Positions 37,601 to 51,986 of a stretch of DNA of 64,000 nucleotides are shown here, in pieces. Position 1 is the stretch's first letter. Each line of letters begins with the position of its first letter. Position numbers and translations under genes: made by a program. The DNA comes from Phallusia mammillata (taxonomy: Eukaryota): NCBI GenBank assembly GCA_965637545.1, contig OZ281501.1:5146001-5210000 (forward strand), in the 5' to 3' direction. The notes under the pieces were generated by a model. That model made no database searches, had not been told where the DNA came from, and was given only the letters and a program-made list of their open reading frames with translations.

Positions 37601-40600
37601 ATGTTGTTAAGAAAAGAAACCTACATTTTGATGTTTTGGGTACAACCACATTTTTGTAGTAAGACAACATGCTACAAGGTAAGCGTTTGAAATTTAAACT
37701 GCTTTAAAATGGCCGACTGGTTTTCGAGACTGCTTGGTGCTTGAATGATGGTTTTGACCTTTGAAAACCTGTTTTAGGTCTGTTTTACTCCTTTTGTATT
37801 TTCATTATGTAAAAATCTCGGTGTCATTAAAACGTATGTAGTACGGCCCTCAGTGCCCTATGGATAAATGTTTTAATTTTACAGCAACTTTTTTATGCAT
37901 CATTTTTAAACATTTGTGCTTCAAGTAATTTATGCAGTTTGAAGGAACTAATCTTACTGTTGCGCATTTGTTGGGTGCAATAAGATAAAATTAACACCTA
38001 GATTAATGTTATTACACCTCACACAATCAGTTTTTTTAAGGTTTGGTTTGGGTGACCGCTAAGTAGTTTTAAGAGACCGCAAGTGTTTCATTTAAATACC
38101 AAAAACTGTAGTTGTAGTTGCAAGTCCAAATTTTGGGAAACCGCTGGAGAAATTTGGGGGACCGTTTCTGTCCCCCAAACACCTTAAAAAACACTGCACA
38201 CAATGCATGTACAAAATTACTTTAACATGGAGTTTATCCACAAAGTGTCGCCATTTCGTGTTACATGAGGTTAAGTAAAACGCCTCGGGCTTTTAAACCT
38301 GTCAACTTCTTCTGACATATTCTGTTTCATCGATCAAACCGGTTGATGTAACTTCACGATAATTTAAATCGTCTTGGGCCCAAGAGCCTTCCGATGTTAT
38401 ATGCTTATCTCTCAAATAAATCTTTTCCGTATTTTTCTTCGCCGAAAATGAAATGCAATCTTGAGTTGGCATTTATTTTCCCACCGCGTTTATCAAATTA
38501 TATGACACTGAAGAACTTCTATGCTTGTCATTTTTGAAAGTTGTGTACAATGATTTTCATACGTGTCGGCTTTTTTGCACAATATTCCAGTCATTAAATT
38601 TTTTGAACAGTTTTTGCGATTTTCATTTTAACTAATGCGAATAATTTCCATGCCTTTGTTGTTGCCTAAAATTTAATTACATGAAAAGAGGCTTATATCC
38701 AACATTTATTTATTTATTTTTGGCAAATGTACGAGGAATTTTACGTTCCAATTATTGCAACAGTTTAGTAACCCAAAATTATTTCGCCGAAAAACGTAAG
38801 ATGCATGACAAATAGTTATTTGCTGTTACGTTTTTTCGAATTGTTTTTTAAAAGTCAAATGCATCACGTCAAACGCATACTATATTGATAAATCATCAAC
38901 TACCTACACATATAAGGTTGCATATTATATTGTATAGAAAAACCACTGATACTGAATAACTGCTTTAGGCTGTGCACAGAGATCGTATAATGTCGAGAAT
39001 TACGTCAAAATCCCATTCGGAGTGATATTACATGCGCTATAGGCGTTTTGCTTGTGCAACGGAATGTGGTGAAAAAAGGTGCGTCAAACTTGTGTTCGTG
39101 CAGCAAACTGACTCTTCTTGCATTTGTAAGGTTCTTGCCGTACGGTAGGCGCGTTTATTTGATTGTTGAGTTTGGCGTTTAACTTTGTGAAGATAACCAC
39201 TACTTGTGCGATGGTTATTAGAAGATTTTTTTTAGTTTTTTTTTTTTGTAGGTGGATTTGTAATTGCATTTCTGTGTGCAGAGAATGCGAACAATTTTTT
39301 TTTCGGCCGAACCGTTTATTTAGCGTTTTTAAAATTATGCAAGATTATTTTTTTGTATTGAAAGCATTACTTTTATTAATTTTTGATTAGCCTACTTATA
39401 CATCCTAAATCGTTTAAAAATGTTTGATTTTACCTTAAAGCACATTGGACCAATGTCTTTGTAGAAGTGGTTTGGTCTGTTTTGAAATAAACCAGTTAGA
39501 TATTTTCGCAGCTAAATTGTAGGCCAAGACATTCAATATTAGGTGTACCACAGACGTCGATAATTAAGTGGTCTTTAGGCACCAAGAACAGTAATTGAAG
39601 TTCTAATTTATAATTAGGCGCCGCAAACGACGACCTCGTCTCATTACGTGATGTTATTGTGCGAACACAAAACATGTAAATTTTGCAAACAAAAAGCAGT
39701 TTTAATTGTATTGTTTTTTGAAGTAAAAATTAATGCTCACTTTCTAACTTTCCTACCAAAAAAATACTTAAACTAATCAGTAGAAAAAAAATAATGCCAA
39801 AAATTTTGAAGTATGTTTTGTTCAACTTTTTGCAACGCTTCGCAGGCGTTTAAAAAACATTCTGCCAAAAAACGAAATTAAAAGTTAGGGAGAAACGAAA
39901 ACGGCTGAAAATTTAACCGTTAAGTAATCAGTTTCTTTACCTTTTACCAAATTTCGATAACTCCCAAATGACGTAGCAACTTTCCACGCCTTGATATAGT
40001 TTTATTACGTCACAACGCATCGTGTGACGTTTTTATAACCGACAAATAATGGGAACGCAGATTTCTATGGGGTTTACGATGTTCCGACGGCATTCAACGC
40101 AGTTTTCACGCTGCAATTAAACGACTCATCTTTAGGGAAAGATCACGTATAAACAGCACTACCGATATAATTGCAGTAAATGAAAGAGTGGCGCCGGTCG
40201 TTCAGGAATTCACCATACAAGGTGACATGGTCGCTGTACATGCGTCTTATAGGTTGAGTTTGTTGTGTAGAGTTTGTTTCGCTTGCTGTTTGAGATCTTT
40301 GGATAAAAATATTCGCAAAGCCAGTATAGGCAAGTACATTGCTATCAACTTGAGTTTAGTTGAGTTAATTTCGCTAGGTAATAGAAAACATAGCGACACA
40401 ATTGCATTAAAACAATCAATTGATGTAAGCAGTCTTTAGTGGGGTAGTTTGGATTGGTTGCTGAGCGAAAGGGTTACTTAAATAGGTGCAAATAAACCTT
40501 ATTTTGTATCTTTTATTACTAACAATGTATTGCTTTGAAAGTGTGTTTAAGATTATTTTGTTTTATTTTGACCGATGTTTCTCAACCTTGGTTTACGGAT

Positions 40601-40869
40601 TGATATGATCCGTGAAAGGTTTTTGTGAGTCCGTGATTATCTCACGACATGTCAACATAAAACATCAAGACGTTTCACTATTTTATCTTTTCAATCTGTT
40701 TATTTTCGAGGAGAAAATCGTCTGAAACATAAAAAGCCAGAGAAACTATTTTTAAGAATTTCATACGACAAACAAAATAAAAAAAACATTAAAATATTTA
40801 TTGATGTTTTTGCAGCACTTAACCACATACTTTTCCTCCGCTCCATAACGTAATAATAAAACCAACAAT

Positions 40870-43800
40870 ATGTCTGGAAAGCAGGGCAGATCAAGCTACA
40901 GAAACACTTTTGGCAACCAGACAGCTTATTCCACCGCTGGCTCCAAGCTTTTCGGCAAGTCCGGATTTGTCAATGAAGAGCCTATTACATCGAAACGTGT
41001 CTCCTACAGTTACTCCTCGTCTTCCTCCGGAGGAGCAGGAGTGGGAAGTGAGTGCTTTATCATCTTGAAGATGTTGATTTTATTTCTGAAAAATTCTTCC
41101 TCTTTATAAAAAAAAATCCGAAATTTGAAGATAAATTTATGAAAATATTTTTTTCGTTGTGGACGATTGTAAGCAGATTGGTATGGGAAAAAACAAACCA
41201 TAATGCAATTGACTGTTTCTTAACGCTGTCCGCTAAGTTTGACCGGTTTAGAGTTTAGGGCGTAAGCCGTTTTGCTACTATACATGCAAAATGCAATGCA
41301 GAGTCTAATATTACTGCAAACAATAAAATACTTTATTAATCTAATATACTTATTTGCTACGATACAGTTCAGTGTTGTTTGATACTGACAAAAGATAACT
41401 TTCTCCTTAGCCTAAAAATACCTGTAATTATTGACCTTGGCAGAAATAAATCGTCTGATCCGTTATGATGATAGATAATTAATTTTGAAAACAGAAATTG
41501 TGGCGACATTAACTCGTCAATATCTGTGGCATGTAATTTGAAACAAAACTAATGTTGTCATTTGACTTAGTTTGTAGTAAAGAGCAAAATATTGTGTTTT
41601 GTTTCATTCCTAAAAAAAGACTTGTCCTATATACATGAAGATTGTGTACTATCCAATGGGCCAGTGGTTCCCAACCTTTTTCGACGAATTCTTTCCTTAA
41701 CAATTTAAAACAATTTTATTCCTTCCTAATATCCTACAGAGTAGATGCTCAACCATACAAAAATTATTTAAACATGAGTATTTTATCAACTTCGCAAGCA
41801 ATATTCTTAGATCTAATGTGTCTCTTTGCAAACCGAATGTACAAATTAAAATATATTCCTTTCTTCAAGTTTTAAAATTCCCCCCTCGGGAGGAATTTCT
41901 TCCCGGCTGGGAACCACTGCAATAAGCAATGCTCTCTATGTTACATTGCATTTTATTTTTTTCCATGTAACTAAGTTTAATTATTTCATGTATTTATTTT
42001 GCGTAGGTGGTATGGGAGGAGGCGCCGCTTCATTCGACAGCGATTTCTCCCGACTTAAACTGAACGAAAAGGAGGTTTTAAGTGGAATCAACAACCGTTT
42101 TGCAAACTATATCGAGAAAGGTAAGAATGTGGTAACAACACATTTATTGCAAAACCACTCGTTTATTACAGCAATAAGCTAAAAAAGCAACTTTCCAAAT
42201 CAAAGGCTAAAACAAACTATAGTAAACCTCGGTTAATCCGGACCCGTTTGGACCAAAAAATGGTCCGGATTAGGCCAAGATCCGGATTAACCGATGTCGA
42301 TTAGTTCAAGTTTTAACACCTTGCAAATCATTTGTACCTCGAGGTTTGTTCGAATTAGGAAACAATTTTTTTTTGGTCAGTTCGGTATCTTGAAGAACAA
42401 AACCAGATTTTGGAGGAAAAGATTCGACAAGCTGGAGCGAAAAAGCAAGTAGAACTCGGACCAGACAAGCTTGAGAAATTGCGACGACTCCGTGCCCAGG
42501 TTGACGAGGCGACCCTCGCTAAAGTGAGATCAGAAATTATGCGCGATAACCTGAGAGGTGAAGCATCGGAGCTTAAATGGAAGTAAGTATTTTATAGGTC
42601 AAAAACACGCTTTTTGTAATACAATAGGTCAAGGTCATATCTTTGGCAAGGTCATGAATTTTATAACTACGCCAAATAGCTAGAACATTGGTTTTTAAAC
42701 TTTAAACTTTTACTCCTGAAAACAACTAGATGAATTTCATTTACCCCTTGCAACTGTGCGATTACCCCTTCGGGGGTTATTATTCATGGGTTAAGAACCT
42801 CTGGCCTAGAATGTAAGTTTTAATTTACACCCTTTTAATACATCTCCTTTATTGGAGATATGTGCCCTATTAAAAGCTCTGTGATAAAAAAAAATTCAAT
42901 GCATGTAATAGTTGTTTGTTGCATTAAAAATTTGTACAAATAAGGCAAATGACCATGCTATTTTTTAATGCAACCCACTGTTATACTAAAGTTAGGAGAT
43001 AAAAGAAGATAAAATGAAAGCAGGCAACAACTTTACCTTAGATTTGCCAGATTTATTCATCAATAAAATTGCACAAAATTGGAAACATTACAAAAGATAC
43101 AAAATTAGCATTTTGTTAAACGTGACTTTAAGAATCTCATACTACGACATTTCGGCTGAGGAATTACGTTACTAGCAATGACTTGTGGTTTCTCATGCGT
43201 CAGTGTATTACGCCTAGGGCTAATGCTGCCACATGCAAAGCCTCTGTGGGTACGGATTGACGAAACTCTCGCCGTGGAGTTTGTTTATTCAACTGCTGAG
43301 CCTCTGCATAGAAAAAATGGCAAACGTAATAGGTTTGCTATTTGCGTGGGTAAAATATGTGAAACAATGTAGGAATGAAATAAATGGATTGTTCGATAGT
43401 TACATTTAAGTGTAAATCGGATTTTAGTTCAATATTATTTGACATAAAATCGGCAGAAAGCGATTTTATAGAAAATAAGAAAGTTTTTATATTTGAGTGA
43501 TGATTCGTAACAGGTCCAAAAGATCTTTTGAACTGGCACTATAAAATACAGATTTGTTCTTAATAAGCCATGTTTTAATTTTCCTATTGGACCAAAAACC
43601 TAACTGGGAAAAAAAAACATGCGACGAAGAATGATCTCACAAACAAACTATCAACTAATATTTGGCAAAAAAAAATCTAAATTTTAACCACGTGGTATAA
43701 AAATGAACCTATAAATTGTGTTGCACCAAATCCAACAATTTAAACTCTCAGGTTCAAAGTGGGTACATCGTGTTCCGTTACGTTGCATGAAAATGTCAAC

Positions 43801-46800
43801 CAGTGTAAATCGAGATTTATGGTGTCCCCCGGGGGCTGTTTATAGGCTCATTTGTCACCATTTGTTTGAAAGTTGCCGCTATTGAACTGCACAATTTATG
43901 GGTCCACGTCTAGCTCTAAAATTGACAGAAAGTTGACCTGTCCTCCGCCGTACTTGCCGTCCTGTAGTGCCTTTTTAAGCTTGTAACTGATGCATTTCGG
44001 TAAATAGTTTTATGAAGCCTTTTTAGCCTAGGTTTTTCAAACGAGATTGGATGTTTTAAAATGTTTTAAAGGAGTGCGTGAAAAATGGTTGTGTTTTAAT
44101 ATAACTTAAATTATAAAATAGGGAATTACATATTACTTTTGAATTGAAAATCATAACTAACGGCTAAATAGTGGTGGGGAAAGTTACCTTTAGTCTTAAA
44201 GATATACAATTTCGCTTTACAAAGTCAATGATATGTTTAAATTTCAACATTTTGTTGCTTACTTTTATTCAATCAACTCCCGTGCATTCCTCAAGAACTA
44301 AAGTATGTTTATCAGTAATTCAGTTTTCCTGATATGGTAAATCTTGATAGATCCGGATTCGATTAGACCAAAATATTCATCCGTATTAGGCGAAGATCCG
44401 GTTTATCCAATGTTTAATGCATGACCAAAACTTAAATTTTATTTTGATTTTGTCACCAAAATATTTTATTTGTTGTATTTGTGACGTCATTTATTTATCG
44501 TATGGGTGACGTCATTTATTTAATCGTATTTGTGACGTCACAATAGACTCGATCACGAGGGCAGACTTCGCGTCGAACTCGACGACGAGTTGGGAAGACT
44601 GAGGAAGGACGTTGATGACGCAACAATGGTGCGCGTGGATCTGGAACGAAAGATCGAAACTTTGAGAGAGGAACTCGAATATGGAAAGAAACTGCACGAA
44701 GAGGTAAAATTTTGATCATTTTTTTCTGATTTGGGAAATAATAATAAGCAGACTTAAAGATCGCTGGCAATTAGTATTTTGTGTGTTTTTTACATTGTTT
44801 ATTTACGTTGTATGATAATTTTGGTATTTTTTGGCACTTCAACACATGTTTATAAAATGCAAATATCTCATTAGTTTCGTCGTTTAATCAAATATTTTTA
44901 GTCAATGTATGTTAATCATTGAGTTTAATAAAAAAAGAAACATTTACATTAAAAAAAAAAACACATTTTGTCTGCAATTTCCAAGAAATCGAAAAAAATA
45001 ACATAATCAGTCAATGAGTTTACATATTTATATAAATTTCGCCTGAATGGCATCATCTTTACTTCGTTACTCAAATCGAATCTGTCTACAAAATATTTAA
45101 TTGCATCTGATATATTGTTCTTTGTAGGAAATCGAGGACTTGAAGGAACAGATCAAGAACCAGGGAACCAGTGTAGAAGTAGACGGTATCGCTCCAGATG
45201 TTGCCGAACTTCTTAGACAAATCCGTGCACAATATGAACAGATGGTGCTTAAGAACAGGGACGAAGCTGAACAGTGGTACAAGAATAAGGTGGGAAAATT
45301 ATCAGAAAATTTTATCATTGTTTTCTTATAGGGTCAGAGAGTCTATTAAGGGGAAATTCAAGAGTCGTGAATGTGAATTTTATGACACACCAAATGAATC
45401 TGACGTTTGTATTTATACTAAATGCGGAAACACGTTTCCAAGAAAAAATATGTAAAAGCTGAAAAAATATATTTATTTCGCCTTAAATTATAGCGTCGTC
45501 AGTTCAGAGGGTCATATACTGCTCAATGCATTGTTAATTTAGATTATTACAATGCTTGGTTTGTATTTGTTCTAATGTAATGGTCCTATAAACCGTAAGA
45601 AAGTCATCAGAAAATTGAGAATTAAACACAACTGTAAAAAAACCACTGATTAAGACATACTTGCAAATTTTCTAAATCTACAAAGCATTGGTCACCAATC
45701 GCGAGTCAACCCGTTGTCGAGAATGTGTCCAATACCTGTAGAAATGGAGTTGCGTTAGGCATACAGATTATGTAATTATATTTTCAAAAAGCACAATTTC
45801 GTTTTTGAAAATATTGGAATAGTTTAATCCTATCTACAAATGCTTAAGAATTGGATATTTGCAAAAAGCGTATCCCCAAATTAACACCACTGACAACATA
45901 CCAAGTATTCCAATTGTTATTTTGCCCTTTTACTTGGATTAGTATCGCATAGTTTTAACTGTAAATGTCAGGGCATAATCACGTGACCGGCTGACGTCAC
46001 TGTTAGGAATGCAAGCGTTGTTTTTGCCTGTTATACTGTGTATTCTCATACAGACAGGCGAAAACCAAAATTCGATTTATTATTGCCCTCGGCTATTACA
46101 AGCCATGTAGTCGGCTTCGCATATGACGATAAGCTTAAACTGCAAAAAAGCCTTTTTGTATGTTATTTGGAAAAGTAAAGCTTTTTGTACATATGCTATG
46201 TCGCTAAAAGTTATGGGAAACACTGCTTTGAGCTTTGATTTTTTAAAGCGTTCGTTATACCAATTTATATGTTACATAGCATTTATAAACGCTAGCATTA
46301 TTTTGGCTGGGTACTTTCATATATTCACGTATTTTAACATCAAATAGAATTTTTACTCACATAAGTTAGATTCTTTTGCGATTGCAAACTGTGCATACAT
46401 TTTTCTCACCAAAGAATTAATTCGTTATATTCCTGAAATCTTAACAAATTTGGCACCTCAATATATATGTAGTTGCATTGACATTATATGAGCAAATTTA
46501 TTTTAGTTTTCTTCAACGATCTGCTTCCGTAAAAATCTTTGCAAAAATATTACAATTTTAAGTTACTTTTTTGGACTTTCGTGACTGAAACATATTTTCT
46601 GCAGTTCGAAGACTTGGAAGACAAGGCCAAGTTGAATTTGGGTGAACTTGAAAAGGTTCAAGGTGACATCAACGACTACAGAAAGCAAGTAACACAACTT
46701 GAAATGGAACTGGAATCTCTTAGAGGAAGCGTAAGTTAATAAAATAAATAATATGTAACATTTTTGTTCAATTTTACACCCAACGTATTAGTTTCAAATA

Positions 46801-49800
46801 ACTTACAAATTAATGATTTTTAAAATGTCATTTTTTTTTCGGTTTTTGACACATTTTCCCTTTTTTGCAAAACTTTTTTTCTTGAAATCCATTTGACAAA
46901 GCCATTTACCCTGATAATGGCGACCTGTACAGGACGTCGAAACGTTGGTTAAAAAAGACATTGCCAGAAGAGCCCTTTATTAAGTTAAAGCGTTTAATTG
47001 TCACTTACCAAAGTTGCAAGGGCGGTCACCCACCAAATATTATATCCCACATAAAGCGCGAAAAATGTTTTTTGACATTTTATTAAGCGTCATTTTATTG
47101 ATATATTTCCTTATTACGTCATAACACTTCATAACATGCGAAGTATTACGTCACGTTTGTACGAATCCTACGCAATAAGTGTCATTCAAAACTTCGCAAA
47201 CGTAACACAAAAAATGTCTCAGTATTACCGTGTACAGAGAAACTTGCCTACGCACGTACCAAGTTTAAACGAGTCCAACTTCGTCTGCAAAACATGTCTG
47301 GAAGCTTTTTTGTCATAGCAAGACAAAATCGCTGTCAGCTTATGGTTGCTAGAAGGCCAGCGGCGTAAAAGGCCAAAGCATGTAGAAATTGCACAGGCTG
47401 TGTTTGGATATTTCATAATCGGCTATAATAACTTTTAAATCTTCTATCTTGAATTGGCTGAAATAATGAGTAATTGTTAAGGTGTTTTTACATTATTACT
47501 CCATACAGTCCACCACTTTTTATCAATTTAAAACGCCATAATATTTTACCAAAACTTACATTAATTACACATAAAAATTGGTCCAATTTCAAAATGTCAT
47601 GAGCACATTGATCATTGAGTTTTTTTTCAGACGAATTGTTGATTTGTTTTTTCAACTTAATTTTCAAACAAAACCTCAAAAAAATAATCTGTTGTGACAG
47701 TTTTATTTTAAATATAACCTTTTGTGCAATGTTCCCATAACCTTTAAACTGTGGGTAATTTTAAAGATTTAATCTAAGCTATAAATATCAATTCTGTCAT
47801 TTCTGCATCAGTACTACTACAAAACATGTTCTTATTTGCCGTTTTAGTTTCAATTCAAGGTTCTAATGCGTTTACTTGCGTCAAATAACGATTAAAACGC
47901 ACACTATTGAAACAACACATAATTCGACCTTTATAGCTTATAGGATTTCGGTTAAATTGAATCAACATATCTAATAATGTATAACACCCAATGCCGTCAG
48001 CAGCCAACGAAAAACGCGCGAAAGCCGGTATAAGACCATATAAGGGCACGGCAATGGGCTGCTGTGTTTAGCCACGTCTTGTGCAATCATGTTGGCCTGA
48101 GGGGTTGAAAATAGCTAAGAGTCTCGCCTTGGCTTCGGCTACGGCGATCTTTTGTAGATTATCGTTCGGCTTCAAGCAATGAAATCGTTTGTTTTGGATA
48201 CAAACTCATTTTTTTTCAATGTCTGATCAAATTGAGTTACTTGTTATCAAGCTTCTGCGAAATTGTACGGTTGTATTATCTCACGAATTTTAATCTTGAC
48301 TTTTGTGGTTGGACCAGTTTCTTTTGAATTGTTTAGATTAATACTTATTTGCGCGCTATACGTTGGTTGCTGAATATCAAGCTAAAATGCTATCTGCGTT
48401 TACCAATAGCACAAAAATGAATGAAATTAAAAATGCTGAACAAAGAAACGCATTTTTTCTATAGCTACAAAACATTTTTATTTATCATTATTATTACATT
48501 ATTGCAAAACAAACCTGGAATGCGTGTTTAAATACACCAAATGAAATGCAATGTACATATTACATTTAAATACAGTTAAAAAAGATATGCAAATTTAAAA
48601 TAAATAAATACAAACAATGACCCACACTGCCAAGGCAATTACATTTCCAGCACATTTTTCCATTTTCTGGTTGACCAAAATCTTAACCGTTTACTTAACA
48701 CCATTTTGACAGAATGAGTACCTCGAGCGCAACCTAGCGGACGTCGAGAAGCGCTACGAACACGAAGTAGCGAGGTACCAAGCACGTGCTGGATCTCTTA
48801 CCATGGAACTTGACCACGCTTCATCGGAGATGAAACGCCACCTAGCGGAATACAAGCGCTTGATGAGTGTAAAGCTTTCTCTCGAAAAAGAAATTATGAC
48901 GTACAGAAGATTGCTCGAGGGCGAAGAAAAGAAGTAAGGCGCTAACATATCTATTTTTTAATGCACAGAACATTTACATGATTAGGCACCAAGAAATGCT
49001 CGGGGTATTATACGGTCGCACTATGTGTCAAAATTATTCTATGCCAGGCCCATTGAAGGCGTTATACCGAATCAGCCGGTCATCAAGCATTCTTTTATGG
49101 CAAGGCATAAACTAGAAAAATCTAGGTGGTCGCTAGTCTGCAGGAACGCTTAGGACTGATCCCAGTTATGAATTTATATGCATCTTATATGTGTCATAAT
49201 ATACACCAAACCCCTTTAGTTGTTAATACTCAACTAACTCTTGGTGTTAACGTACTATTGTTTATGAAGAAATGCCGAAATCGAAACTCTGTGGAAAAGT
49301 CTAAAACTTAGACTCTGATGGTTATCTTTTCTTTGGTTTCCCTTTTTGACCAAACCACGGTGCAATTCCTTTCAAATTGTACAGCAAAAATAACAATTTT
49401 AAAGGCCGTTTGTGAGGTTCAGTTGATTAGAAATATGTGGTTCTCCGAAAAAAGTTGAATTGACTGTATTTGTAACTTTCAGGCTTTCAAGCAGTGAAAG
49501 TGAAAGCGATTCTGATGATGAAAGAGTAAGAACTAAAACAACCAAGAAAGTTATTGTGAAGACAATTGAAACAAAGTAAGTCAATTTAGATCTAGGGAAC
49601 TTGTTGTTTTTAGTGAAAGTTTTGCTTTGTCTAATACTGCAAAGTAAAATTATAAAATCCTTAGGGCACAACTTGATCTAATGTTTTCATGTGTACCGGT
49701 TACACAGAAAACTTACTTTATAACTATTGGCCAGTGTTGAAATTAAGCAGAATAAATAAAGTTTCAACTAAAAATTTCCGGATTATCATTTTTGACTAAT

Positions 49801-50077
49801 ATTCTATTTGATGATACGTAAACCACTTCGTGAAATATATATTCTGTAAAACAATGTGTGCACAGTGGGTTATCATATAAATATACACTGTTCTGTATGG
49901 CTTTGTTAAAAATATGGGCTTGCTTGATGAGCTGAATCCAAAATCGTCATAAAAATGCTTTCTATTCGCAGAGACGGCAAAATAGTTTCATCATCAGTGT
50001 CTGAAAAGCAATTCGTTGAGGGAGGTTCCGATTCCGGTTCCTCGTCATCCTCGTCATCATCTTCTGACGAAGAGTAG
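40870..50077 (+). CDS. Cytoplasmic intermediate filament protein, type III-like (tunicate IF-B-like); 9 exons, ~452 aa
   Basis: Exons 40870-41047, 42007-42120, 42381-42582, 44547-44703, 45128-45289, 46605-46730, 48713-48933, 49483-49575, 49972-50077 (1359 nt). Coil 1A motif INNRFANYIEKVRYLE, rod end EIMTYRRLLEGEE, type III-like tail VIVKTIETKDG. Exon sizes 162/126/221 match vimentin/desmin as I recall them. Confidence 0.93.
41662..41919. mobile_element. hAT MITE in intron 1 of the IF gene
   Basis: Termini CAGTGGTTCCCA / TGGGAACCACTG; TSD caatgggc/caataagc (6 of 8 match). Confidence 0.65.
44462..44540. repeat. Three tandem ~25-bp units, each with a perfect CRE palindrome TGACGTCA
   Basis: TGACGTCA at 44482, 44507 and 44533, immediately before the IF exon 4 acceptor at 44545-46. 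Confidence 0.85.
49040..49125 (-). mobile_element. 3' fragment of the tRNA-derived SINE family
   Basis: Matches the body of 6703-6790 (aaggcgttataccgaatcagc...ggcaaggcata.actagaaaaatctag). Confidence 0.75.
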
Positions 50078-51986
50078 TATGACGTCACTATCTCCCTGCA
50101 CACGTCACTGGCGGACGCTGCCCTATTCCTTATTCCTTAGTCCACGCTTACGCTAAATCATGTATCGTATAGCTCAAGCGGCCTTGTAAATTTTTTCTTG
50201 TTACGTTTTAATGGAGCGACAGCGGTTTAAATGCACTTGGCAAAAAACGACTTGCTTTAACTGCCCTTAAAAAGTTTGCTTTCGTTAAAAAGGCATGCCG
50301 CTGTGGTCTGTATATCTTGGGATTTTTCCTAAACCGCCACACAAAAACTTTGTGCTGTCAGCTACGCCGAAACGCTTACCATGTAGTTCATATGTGTAAA
50401 TAAATATTGGCATTTGGCTGGTTTTTTACACTTACTTTTTACAAAAATTTGTTGAGGCCCCCCAAAATGTCTCAACATTACTGTAAAAACGCAATTTTAA
50501 CACCTTGTGTACAATACACATGGAATTTAATATGTACATAAGAACCCTAAATTTTGCCTTGAAACTGTTTCCCAGTGCCTGTGTGTACATTTTGATTTTG
50601 AAATTAGCATTCTCCGTTACTAAGTGCCTTCTTAAAAATAGAACAAAATTACCAAATGTTTTAGCCAATTTCGTGTGTACAGAATTAAAACACTGTTGTG
50701 CGACAAATCTAAGCAAACTGAAGCATGGTTTTGTAAGCACCAACGTTTTTCGCTTTACGCCGCATGATTTAAAAACTGTATATCACAAAACAAACTTTAG
50801 ACAAGCCTTTGTTGCATATCTGCTATATTGCATGTGTATCATTTGTATCAAATTGCCTTTGACAGAACAACCGTGCCAATACTATAATGTCCTTTATATT
50901 AGCACTGCTATTGCGAGGGTGAATTGCTTGCGTCGAAGTAAAGAACATTGTACCCGTATTGGACTTTTCTGCATATACTTTTTCACGTAACAGGCCTAAA
51001 AGGTTAGAGATTCATAGGTCAGGTAATTCTGAACACGTTAGTGCCTTTCGTCAAAAGGCAAGCAAATTGATAACATAGATTTGAGCGACTAAAACTTCAG
51101 CGCCGAAAAAACATGCTGTATTAATTCGGAAAAAAAGGAAAACACGTTTTCAGCAGTCTTGCTTAACATAAGTCCGTGACCAAAATACAGTAACATGAGG
51201 CATGTAAAATTAGGAAATAGTAAGTGATGTGCCATCGGTCACAAATGGAAGCCACTTAACTAGCCAGCTGGCAGCTACCCCCATATTTTGTAAAAAAATG
51301 ACCATAGATATCGTCAACATTGAGATTGAGTTAAAGAAGTGTTACTTCTACGTATCCATTGTAGAAATAATTTCTATGAACCCGCTGTAATATTATTTAG
51401 CAAACAATCAGAGTTAAACTTGTGTAGTTTTTAATTTGTAATTAGTTTGTCATTTCAAAACGTCTAAAAAGAATAAACAACATTGAAAATAATACGAACG
51501 CAAATTTCTCATCCACTAGTGGCTACGTTAATTTGGAAAATATGTGGCGGGCGATTTGTTTTTGTTCCCAAAATACCAAATGCGAAAGTGAAACATTGGT
51601 TTGATTGTTAAAGAAGATGCGATTGGGTAACGCTAGGTCTAGGTGGAAAAGATTCTGAAATAAGAAGTTAATATACTTTTACTATATTGACCAAGAAAAA
51701 TTATGCGTTCTTTTCAGTGTGCAATAACACATATGGTTTTATCTTGTCTTGTCTTCTCTAAGATGGCGTTTGAACGAGCCATTATATTAATTGTGCCTTT
51801 CATTAAAATATATTACGTGAGTTTATTGAGTGGCATGCTTATTTAAAAAGAACATTAGTTATGTTTAGTTATATTTGTTACGACTTATTTATATCCGTTA
51901 CGACGTAGCAACTAGCAACGTATATTGCAAATTCTAGAAGAGCTAGTTTTATTTGCTTGACTGTATTAAGTTAATGGTAAGACACA

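Noticed and set aside
38148-38176. Perfect 10-bp stem tttgggggac/gtcccccaaa as a terminator
   Set aside because: Eukaryotic context; most likely the interior of a degraded MITE.
38302-38472. 56-aa ATG-initiated minus-strand ORF (MPTQDCISFSAKK...)
   Set aside because: Protein-like composition but no family motif, splice context or promoter support.
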